Shown here in pieces: positions 1 through 7,746 of a stretch of 32,000 nt of DNA. Source of the DNA: an uncultured Thermoproteales archaeon (GTDB lineage: Archaea; Thermoproteota; Thermoprotei; Thermoproteales; Thermoproteaceae); NCBI GenBank assembly GCA_938027595.1, contig CALJAK010000007.1:109982-141981 (forward strand). The letters run 5' to 3'. The first letter of the stretch is position 1, and every line of letters begins with the position of its first letter. The position numbers and the translations under genes were made by a program. Under the pieces are notes generated by a model. The model ran no database searches, was not told the origin of the DNA, and was given only the letters and a program-made list of their open reading frames with translations.

Positions 1-157
1 TGTGCGGCCGGTTGCTAGAGAGATATGGAGGTGGAGTGTCTATAACTAACGTAGGTCTGTCGCTCAGCTTCGTGACGAATTGATTTTCTCTCTTCCACAA
101 CTCTATCAATTCTTCTTCCCAAGCGATTTCCCACCTGGTGGGCAGTGTAGAGGTCAC
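1..157 (-). CDS. N-terminal 52 codons of a class I aminoacyl-tRNA synthetase (ValRS-like). The rest of the gene lies beyond the window start.
   Basis: Not in the ORF track because it runs off the edge. The reverse frame from GTG (157..155) reads (M)TSTLPTRWEIAWEEELIELWKRENQFVTKLSDRPTLVIDTPPPYLSSNRPH. This is the 'IDTPPPxxSGxxHxGH'-type lead-in to the HIGH motif of Val/Ile/Leu-type synthetases. An in-frame TAA lies just upstream and an A/T-rich box sits about 20 nt upstream. Confidence 0.45.
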   Translation of the reverse strand, partial: MTSTLPTRWEIAWEEELIELWKRENQFVTKLSDRPTLVIDTPPPYLSSNRPH

Positions 158-224
158 GTAGTTATCAACTTCTTAAAATTATTGTGTTGCTGTTAAAGAT
201 TTAAATATTCAACATCATGCCCCC

Positions 225-875
225 ATGCTTAGTCGTGAGATTTACCTCGTAGTTAGTGGTGACGGTCTTAAAGTGGGGGAGTTCTTGATTGAGTTAAATT
301 TCGACCAACCTGGGATATTATCCACGTTGTCTAACATATTTGCAGAACACGACGTCAACATTATAAACATAGCCATCGACAGCCAGCGGCAACATTTACA
401 CTTCGTCGTGGATCTGTCTCAAATCTCGGAAGAACAAGTTAGAGACATGTCTAAACAGTTGGGCATGTTTGCCTTCGTTAGGAGAGTTAAGTACAGAATT
501 TCTAAAGGCGCAGTCTTCGTCCCACGGTGGATAATACACGTAATTGACAACGTCCCGGGCGTCGTCATCGAGAAGACCTTATTCGGCCTACAACTGTCCA
601 AGTTGATAGATGAATTGTCAGAGAAAGACGCCGAAATCGTAAGAGAACTAGCCAAATCTATAGACCTCACCACGCTTGAGGAAGTTCTGTACATACCGCA
701 ATTGAGGGGATTCGTCACTGTGGAGGACGTCGCCGTTAGAGAGGGGAGAGTTGTAGCTAAGTTCTGTAACCTCGCACATCCCCACGTCGTGAGATACATT
801 GAAAATTACGTAGCTAAACTGGGGTTTCGCCCCAGAGTTTTCGAAGAGGGGAATTGCGTCAAGCTAGAGATTTAA
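225..875 (+). CDS. ACT-domain-containing protein of unknown function
   Basis: 216-aa ORF. The N-terminal segment ELNFDQPGILSTLSNIFAEHDVNIINIAI...HLHFVVDL matches the ACT-fold pattern (beta-alpha-beta with a G-x-L/I motif). The C-terminal ~120 aa are unassigned. A TATA-like 'agatttaaatattc' lies ~25 nt upstream of the ATG. Confidence 0.6.
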   Translation: MLSREIYLVVSGDGLKVGEFLIELNFDQPGILSTLSNIFAEHDVNIINIAIDSQRQHLHFVVDLSQISEEQVRDMSKQLGMFAFVRRVKYRISKGAVFVPRWIIHVIDNVPGVVIEKTLFGLQLSKLIDELSEKDAEIVRELAKSIDLTTLEEVLYIPQLRGFVTVEDVAVREGRVVAKFCNLAHPHVVRYIENYVAKLGFRPRVFEEGNCVKLEI

Positions 876-1814
876 AACTCCCGCTTTTTGTAACAGATCG
901 CATACTCTACAGACTGGCTTTGCCGAGATGTTTCCACAGTATCTACAGCGGTTTGCCCCCCCAGCTTGCGTTGACTTAAGTTGTTCTGCAAGCCTCCGGC
1001 CGAAGGAAACTAGGCTATACTTTACGGTGGGCATTTCTCTCTCCAACTCGGCAAGTATGAACTTCAGGCGGTATCTCGGGTTTGTAGATACATAGGGACA
1101 CTCCAGTTCCATAAGTGGAATGCCGTGGTAGTAAGCGTACACCGCAATTTCTTCCTCACGAATGTGTTTAAGTGGCTTTATCCGCGGTATGAGGTCCTTC
1201 TCCTCGGCGTCTTCATACACGCCGTACCACCTAAACCTAGACAAGTTACCCATCAACACGTTCAACATCACCGTCTGCGCCTCATCGTCTAAGTTGTGCG
1301 CCGTTGCAATCTTGGTCCAACCCCTCTTTTTACCGATGAGGTTCATCGCACGCCGTCTCAAAACTCCGTCTATTGTACACATGTGGACTTTGTGCCCCCT
1401 GGCGGCAAGTCTTTCGGAAATCTCCATGGCGGTGAAGCCAAAGATGTCTCTGAAGTGATACACGTTGTACTCTATGCCGAACTTCGCGGCTACTTCCCCC
1501 ACGTAATTACTCTTGGCCATGCGGTAGAAACAACTGTAGGGATGACCCTCGTTTATTGTGAACGCCTCCAGTTTCGCTCCCCTGAACTTCGTCCTCAGTT
1601 TGGCTAAGATGTGGAGGAGAGCTAGACTGTCCTTTCCGCCGGAGACCGCCACGGCGACGAAATCGCCGGGGGTTATCATACGCTCCTCTCTAACTGTCTG
1701 CAGTACTTTCCTCTCTACTGAATCAAACAGACAGCGCAGGCAGAGCTTCTCTCCGCTAGTTTGGCGATAGAATTGCGCCCCCCTCTTTCTGCATCGGTCG
1801 CAGAGTTGAGTCAC
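864..1814 (-). CDS. ttuA: PP-loop ATPase, tRNA 2-thiolation enzyme of the TtuA/Ncs6(NcsA) family
   Basis: SGGKDS PP-loop. N-terminal CDRC...CLRC and C-terminal CRYC...CRVC zinc fingers. Internal Cys residues (HMC, ECPY) fit the Fe-S ligands of the family. GTG start overlaps the upstream ORF's stop (GTGA). Confidence 0.75.
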   Translation of the reverse strand: MTQLCDRCRKRGAQFYRQTSGEKLCLRCLFDSVERKVLQTVREERMITPGDFVAVAVSGGKDSLALLHILAKLRTKFRGAKLEAFTINEGHPYSCFYRMAKSNYVGEVAAKFGIEYNVYHFRDIFGFTAMEISERLAARGHKVHMCTIDGVLRRRAMNLIGKKRGWTKIATAHNLDDEAQTVMLNVLMGNLSRFRWYGVYEDAEEKDLIPRIKPLKHIREEEIAVYAYYHGIPLMELECPYVSTNPRYRLKFILAELEREMPTVKYSLVSFGRRLAEQLKSTQAGGANRCRYCGNISAKPVCRVCDLLQKAGVLNL

Positions 1815-2026
1815 TTCTCTATGTGTGGCACAGTTCCATGTTTCCTCTCTGCCTTGTCCATCTCCAGAGTGTAAGTATCCAGCGAGGTGCGGAATATGTA
1901 AAACACAACGCCGCAGTTCTCACAGCGGGCAATCATCACTGTGTTCTCCTGTCCCCTATGGCGATACGTATATGGCGCCGGGGCCGGCTTCCACTCTGGA
2001 AGTCCACACCGTGGGCAGACAATCAC
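1811..2026 (-). CDS. Small zinc-ribbon protein (CPRC...CENC), translationally coupled to ttuA
   Basis: 71-aa ORF with two CxxC pairs. Its stop overlaps the ttuA GTG start by 4 nt. It lies 22 nt downstream of the MMPL gene on the same strand. Confidence 0.5.
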   Translation of the reverse strand: MIVCPRCGLPEWKPAPAPYTYRHRGQENTVMIARCENCGVVFYIFRTSLDTYTLEMDKAERKHGTVPHIEK

Positions 2027-2048
2027 AACGTCCCCCCCGTCTCTAGTA

Positions 2049-4634
2049 TTAAAACTTTCCCCGAGGCGGCGCGTACCCAGTGACCCACAGCCAGTTGTAT
2101 CTGCCCGCCAGCACCATCAGCGAGGGCACCACAAAGGGTCTTATCACGAAGGCGTCTATCAACGCGGCTAGAGCCACTGTGAAACCAACTTGCTGGAGGA
2201 CTGTAGTTTGCGATATTGACAACGTGGAGAAAGCCACCGCCAAGATTATGGCTGCCCCCGTAATCACCGGACCGGTGGTCACGATGGCCTTCTTTATTGC
2301 CTCTCTTTCCGAAAGTCCCCCCTCCATCTCCTCTCTGATTCTAGTGACAATGAATATGTCGTAATCTGTGCCAATCGCCATGAGAAATGCAAACAACACT
2401 ATGGGAGTGAGCCAATAGATAGACTGCATCGCCACTTCTTGAAAGATTAACACACCCAAGGCGAAGCTCCACGCCGTAGACATCAACACTGTGGTGACTA
2501 GCCTCAGAGGCATCACGAGACTCCTCAACAGTATGGCGAGTATCACAATAACTGCGGCTATTACTACATACATTTGAAAATTCCAAAATTTCACATATAT
2601 CTCGTTGAACACTATGTTCTTCCACGCGGCGGAGCCGCCGATGAGGAAGTATCCATACTCCGCGCGGAGTTTGTCTAACTCTTCATATATCTCCAACAAC
2701 TCGTCAGCCGTCTCCTCTAGAGATAGTCTTATAGTGACTACTTGCCACTTCCCTATCTTCTCTACAGTGTGATTCACATAGTGCGGAAGTGTCTCTATAG
2801 CTCTCAACAACTCCGGGTTGAAGTCACTCTCGGACGCTAGGTAAGTATTTGAAAGAGACGCCACGCTGGGGAAGTGCGTCACCGCCACCTCCAGCGCTTT
2901 CTTGTGTTGAGTCTCCGGCATAGCGGCGATGGGGTTTGCGGTGATATGAAGCGTGGTGACTACAAACGCCAGCGACAGTAGAGTAACCGCCGTGGAGATC
3001 GCAGTTATTAGTTTCGGTCTCCTCAGCGCTATTTCTACAGCTCTCTCCATGACTTTCGACCTACCCGTATGTATCGACGTAATCCGCCTAGGCCAGAACA
3101 ACTTGTCGCCAAGTACGTACAACACGGCGGGAAACACAAAGAAAATCGTAGCGGCGATGAAAGCCACCGCAATCAAGTACCCAAACCCCACAGACTGCAT
3201 TAGAGGCAGTGTGGAGAGCGCAAAAGACCCGAGCGCCACAGCCACCACAGCGGCGCTAGCGGCGATAGCTCTACTGGCGTATCTACGCACCACAGCCACA
3301 GCCTCGCGTTTGTTTCTGCCGCTGGCTCGCTCCTCGGCGTAGCGGCTAACCATCAACAACATGTAGTCTACCCCAATGGCGAACACCACCGGCGCAGCCA
3401 TGTACACCGTCATATAGTAAATCTTTTGAAATTCGTGAATTACATAGATGAACCCAAGCGCCGAGAGGTACGTCAACCCCACCGCCGAGAGTATAACGAC
3501 GGGAGCAGTCAACGCACCCATTATGTACAGAAGTACCACAAACAGAGCTGCCGCCGTGGCTTTGTCTATCTTACTCACGTCCTCCACCACTATCTCTTGG
3601 AAGTTGTGCAACAAGCTCGAAGACGATATGGGGACCCCCAGTTCGGTAGGGATTTTGTCAGTGGGTGCAATAGACAACGCGTATTTGTCTTCATATATAA
3701 AACCAGCCGCTACTGTATACACCGTCGGCGGTGGATACATCTGCGTTAAGTTCTTCACTACGGCGTCTCTAAACCAATTCACAACTCTCTCCACGTCGCC
3801 GCCGCAAATTAAGTACGGTAGATATGGCCTAAAGAGAGGCGGAACTTCGCCCAGGGTAGACAAGTAGACATACTGCCGGACCCCAACGACGTTTACCTCT
3901 CTAGCCAATTGGAGCGCGGTCTCGTTGACGACTGACGCCAAGATCGCCTCAGCCACTGACTCCACGGCGCTTTCGCTACTCCAATTTCTCCAACTCACCC
4001 CGGCGAGATAGCGAGAGACATTGCCGTATGCCACATCCGCCGCCAGCCTAACCGCGTCGTCCACATCGTGAGAGTCCAGAAGCCGTCTGTAGACCTCTAG
4101 AAACTTCTCCGTGTCGCTGTCTACTGCGACTCCGGCGGCGGCAACGCCGTAGGTGGCAAAGAGGAGTCTCCTAGCGGTTTCTCTAGCCTCTCTATAGGCA
4201 TTCTCCAACTTTTGCAATCTGTCACACGCCTCTCGCGTCCCGTTGGATATCCGCACGGCGCCCTCTCTGAACTTAGAGACAGACTCATTTAGCACCTCGC
4301 CGATTTTGCTCCAGTAGACCTCCAGCGCTCTGTCCAGTACACTCCACGGCGTGGTGGCGTTGTATAGCTCGGACAACCGCCTCGCCTTCTCCTCCAGACT
4401 CGGCCCGAAAATGACCACCGTCACGGCCTCTGGACCTCTGTCGCTTTTCTTCTCCAAGATAGATCTCACCACCATGGGCTCCACGTCTGACGGCATTAGT
4501 TTAACCTCGTCGTATACCAACGTTTCGAAAACTAAAGGAGCGTGTAGAGCTAAGTATGCGTACACAACTAACACAGCGAGAGCGACGAAAATCGACAACC
4601 GCACACCTTGAAATTTGTTTATGGATATAAACAT
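2049..4634 (-). CDS. MMPL/RND-superfamily membrane transporter with large helical ectodomains
   Basis: 861 aa with two bundles of about 5-6 TM helices. The MMPL-type motifs GVDYMLLMVSRYAEE and GTDYDIFIVTRIREE follow each bundle. The first extracytoplasmic loop (~330 aa) is helical and carries several NxS/T sequons. Confidence 0.8.
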   Translation of the reverse strand: MFISINKFQGVRLSIFVALAVLVVYAYLALHAPLVFETLVYDEVKLMPSDVEPMVVRSILEKKSDRGPEAVTVVIFGPSLEEKARRLSELYNATTPWSVLDRALEVYWSKIGEVLNESVSKFREGAVRISNGTREACDRLQKLENAYREARETARRLLFATYGVAAAGVAVDSDTEKFLEVYRRLLDSHDVDDAVRLAADVAYGNVSRYLAGVSWRNWSSESAVESVAEAILASVVNETALQLAREVNVVGVRQYVYLSTLGEVPPLFRPYLPYLICGGDVERVVNWFRDAVVKNLTQMYPPPTVYTVAAGFIYEDKYALSIAPTDKIPTELGVPISSSSLLHNFQEIVVEDVSKIDKATAAALFVVLLYIMGALTAPVVILSAVGLTYLSALGFIYVIHEFQKIYYMTVYMAAPVVFAIGVDYMLLMVSRYAEERASGRNKREAVAVVRRYASRAIAASAAVVAVALGSFALSTLPLMQSVGFGYLIAVAFIAATIFFVFPAVLYVLGDKLFWPRRITSIHTGRSKVMERAVEIALRRPKLITAISTAVTLLSLAFVVTTLHITANPIAAMPETQHKKALEVAVTHFPSVASLSNTYLASESDFNPELLRAIETLPHYVNHTVEKIGKWQVVTIRLSLEETADELLEIYEELDKLRAEYGYFLIGGSAAWKNIVFNEIYVKFWNFQMYVVIAAVIVILAILLRSLVMPLRLVTTVLMSTAWSFALGVLIFQEVAMQSIYWLTPIVLFAFLMAIGTDYDIFIVTRIREEMEGGLSEREAIKKAIVTTGPVITGAAIILAVAFSTLSISQTTVLQQVGFTVALAALIDAFVIRPFVVPSLMVLAGRYNWLWVTGYAPPRGKF

Positions 4635-4651
4635 TGGATTAGGTACAGAAT

Positions 4652-5785
4652 ATGTCTCACGTGTTTACAATTGCCGCTGGCGATTTTAGAGCGAGATTTG
4701 TACGGTATTTGTTAACTGCTCTAGTCATCGCCGTAGGTGTGGCGTTGTTAGTGGCGTTGACGGCAGTGAGCGACGCCACGAGAGACTACGTAGAGCAAAC
4801 GCTGTACAGAGTGTATCCGGCAGACATAATGATGTACTCCGACTCTATAAACATACCGCAGTATTTTGTAGACGTATTGCAGAAAAACGCCGTTGTAGAA
4901 TCTGCAGAAGGCATTATCATGTACACCGGCACATACGGCGGAGTACATGTGTCGATCGTGGGAGTTCCACTAGCGGCTATGGGGTATTTCGCGATAGAGC
5001 TCGACGAAGGTAGATTACCAGCGGCGGGGGGTGAAGCGGTTGTGGAGGAATCACTTGGATTAAAGCCCGGCGACGTGATTAAGATTAAGATGTACTCCGG
5101 CATTTCTGGGTCTGAGAAAATTATGGAAGTGAGAGTAGTGGGGACAATGCGCAGTTTCATGAGGGGATTCGTGGGGGCGTTCAGATTGAATCTAGTAGTG
5201 GTGCCGCTAGATTGGCTTCAACGGCAGTTAGACGTGGGGCCCTTCGTCAACGCGATTCTCATAACTCTGAAAGACAAGCAACAAGTGAGTTCATTCCACG
5301 CCATGTTGAAAGAACAATATAGAGATGCGCAAGTCTACACCCAGACGTCTCTGCTAAATACAGTTTCGCAAGTCTTCAACGCCCTAAATACAGTGTTCGC
5401 AGTCATCAGTGCCGCCGCGTTGGTAACCGCAGCTATAACAACTCTTGCAGTGATGTCTATAACTACAAACGAGAGAATGAGAGAATTCGGTTTGCTCAAA
5501 GCAATGGGAATTTCTTCACGTGACATACTCACCTCAGTGCTGCTGGAGGTAACCACAGTGGCCGGCGTGGCTGCCGTGGTTGGCATGATTGTGGGATACG
5601 CCGGGGCTAACGTGGTGAAAGACATGCTGATAAAGATGGGGATAAATTTCTATGTGCCTATTTCCTTTAAGCCGCACTATGCGGCCCTCAGTTTTTCGGT
5701 GTCGTTACTCGTGGCGCTGGTGGGCGCAATGTGGCCACTACTCAAAATCGCTAAGTTGAGACCGCTCGAGATAATGAGGCTATGA
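4652..5785 (+). CDS. FtsX/MacB-type ABC permease subunit (4 TM plus ~200-aa extracytoplasmic domain). No ATPase gene is adjacent.
   Basis: 377 aa. TM1 (LLTALVIAVGVALLVAL) is followed by a ~200-aa soluble domain, then three C-terminal TM helices with the FtsX-domain signature region (ERMREFGLLKAMGISSRDIL). This is the MacB/LolCE topology. Confidence 0.8.
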   Translation: MSHVFTIAAGDFRARFVRYLLTALVIAVGVALLVALTAVSDATRDYVEQTLYRVYPADIMMYSDSINIPQYFVDVLQKNAVVESAEGIIMYTGTYGGVHVSIVGVPLAAMGYFAIELDEGRLPAAGGEAVVEESLGLKPGDVIKIKMYSGISGSEKIMEVRVVGTMRSFMRGFVGAFRLNLVVVPLDWLQRQLDVGPFVNAILITLKDKQQVSSFHAMLKEQYRDAQVYTQTSLLNTVSQVFNALNTVFAVISAAALVTAAITTLAVMSITTNERMREFGLLKAMGISSRDILTSVLLEVTTVAGVAAVVGMIVGYAGANVVKDMLIKMGINFYVPISFKPHYAALSFSVSLLVALVGAMWPLLKIAKLRPLEIMRL

Positions 5786-7596
5786 CCACTCGGCTTGTAT
5801 TTTTGTTGTTTTTTGTGTATCTAGCCGCTGCGTCTACAGTAGTAGTGACGCACAACATAAAACCCACCGGCGAAATTACTGTAGTTGCCAAAGTCAGAGA
5901 GATATACCTCAACAACAACCCAACTCCGCTAAACATCTCCGGCGTCTTGGTGCCCCCCTACTCTGCTGTTGTGCACGAAGAGACAGTTACCAACATATAT
6001 CCCCCCTTTCTTAAGGTAGAGCCAAGTTTGACTTATCTAAATGGCAAGTTTCACAACGGCGTGCTGCACGCCAGCAATGACACGCTAGTGTTACTACGGC
6101 TCGAGATACGTTCTCTCCTCCCCACTCCTACGCCGGTGATGATATCTGTGTCTACAGATGACAAAGTAGCAGTCATATATGAAAAGAGGCCCTCGGTGTC
6201 ACAAATGCTCGGCGCCACTGTGTACTACTGGACAATTGTAGTGGAGAATTACACGGAATTCGCCCTCACTTTTAGAATTAAACAATTTGGAAGCTTCGGA
6301 GCGGTGAGACTACCCACAGTCTCTCTAACTTCCATACTAGACATAAACCAAACTATTTCCATCATTAGAGACCGGCAAAAGACTGTAGATACGTCAATAA
6401 AACAATTGAAGAACTTCACTAACTTAGTTTCGCTGTATTCAGATATTGTATACTCACAAATTCAGAATTTGACTCAGTTAATCCAGATATTTAACTTAGC
6501 TGGCGCGGCGTTGATTCAAGGAGCCGGAGCTATAAACACATCTACATACGCCTTAGAAGCTCTACGACTTCAAATTTCGGCACTTGGAGATGCAGTTCGT
6601 GGGATAGCCACCACGATTAACCAAAGTAGGTTACTTGTGGAATATCAATACGTGGCGCTAGTCACGGCGGCGAATGCGTTAGAGACGCAATCCGCCGCGT
6701 TAGTTTCATACAACTCAGCCGTTGGCCAGACTGTAGAAGGTCTCGAGGGCACTCGGCGTGGGTTAGAGTCAATTAGGTGGGGTCTCTATAACCAACGCCA
6801 GATTATCCTCAACGGTATTAATGCGTTAGAGATGGCGAAGTTGGAAATTTCAAAAATCCAGACAAACGCCACTGACCTCCAGCAGGCGGCGATAAGAGCT
6901 TTAGACACTGCTCTAACTCAGTTATACATGGCGCGGGATTCGATAGACGCAACTATCGGCATGGTAGATGACGCAATTTCCATAGTGGATTCTACTACGT
7001 CCACTCTAGAAGCCGTAGGGCGGAGTTTAAGCGAATTAGCCCCACTATTAAACTCCACCGCCGCATCCACACGTAAAAACGCCACCTATATCCTACAGTC
7101 TATGCCGGAGATCTTGCTCAATGTATCTAACAATTTGTTAGACGTATCTAGAAACTTACACAAAGTCTCAACTGACGTAGTTAAATACAGCGACCCATTG
7201 TACAACGCCTCGAGGATTCTGCTAGAGGTCGGTAATAGACTTGTACAATCTGCTAAAGAGCTAGAGGACTTTAGAAAAAGTCAACTGGAAATCTTGCCAA
7301 AGTTAGGCTTTCTCCAATCGTCTCTACATAACTATAGTGATTTTATAACTAGAGAAAAAGAGAGATTAGAGCTAGAAAAAAAGTCGTTGGAGCAATATCG
7401 CTCTGCCATAAACGCCACAGCCATAGAGCTACAGTACCACATAGAACTACCGATAGCCATGAGAAACATCACAATCAACCCACCACCAATTACCTCAACT
7501 CTAGAACCCAAAAGACAAGCAATAGACTCCACTTGGACCGTAGTTTTGCTAACAATCATAGCAGTCGGCGCTTTGTTGATAAGACGAATACTCTAA
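5782..7596 (+). CDS. Secreted, C-terminally membrane-anchored, sequon-rich helical-repeat protein (YhgE/Pip-like helical ectodomain)
   Basis: 604 aa with an N-terminal signal-like helix (LVFLLFFVYLAAAS), a ~190-aa beta-rich domain and a ~350-aa A/L/Q/S/T-rich helical region. A C-terminal TM anchor (WTVVLLTIIAVGALLI) is followed by RRIL. I count 16 NxS/T sequons. ATGA overlap with the permease gene. Confidence 0.7.
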   Translation: MTTRLVFLLFFVYLAAASTVVVTHNIKPTGEITVVAKVREIYLNNNPTPLNISGVLVPPYSAVVHEETVTNIYPPFLKVEPSLTYLNGKFHNGVLHASNDTLVLLRLEIRSLLPTPTPVMISVSTDDKVAVIYEKRPSVSQMLGATVYYWTIVVENYTEFALTFRIKQFGSFGAVRLPTVSLTSILDINQTISIIRDRQKTVDTSIKQLKNFTNLVSLYSDIVYSQIQNLTQLIQIFNLAGAALIQGAGAINTSTYALEALRLQISALGDAVRGIATTINQSRLLVEYQYVALVTAANALETQSAALVSYNSAVGQTVEGLEGTRRGLESIRWGLYNQRQIILNGINALEMAKLEISKIQTNATDLQQAAIRALDTALTQLYMARDSIDATIGMVDDAISIVDSTTSTLEAVGRSLSELAPLLNSTAASTRKNATYILQSMPEILLNVSNNLLDVSRNLHKVSTDVVKYSDPLYNASRILLEVGNRLVQSAKELEDFRKSQLEILPKLGFLQSSLHNYSDFITREKERLELEKKSLEQYRSAINATAIELQYHIELPIAMRNITINPPPITSTLEPKRQAIDSTWTVVLLTIIAVGALLIRRIL

Positions 7597-7746
7597 TCCC
7601 AGCCCACGGCGACAACTGAGATACGCCATAATCACCATCTAGCGCTTAGAGGCGGCAGACGGAGAGAGGTGAAAAACCAACATTCCCGAGAGGTTAACAT
7701 CAATATTGCTTGAAACGCAATACCGTGTGGGTTTCCCCTATTGCGT

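Noticed and set aside
2080-4611. Multiple 86-139-aa plus-strand ORFs inside the MMPL gene, with similar antisense ORFs inside the permease, Tes-like, glyS and heme genes
   Set aside because: All are fully nested antisense to long ORFs with clear family motifs. They lack TATA context and have skewed composition. They are shadow ORFs.
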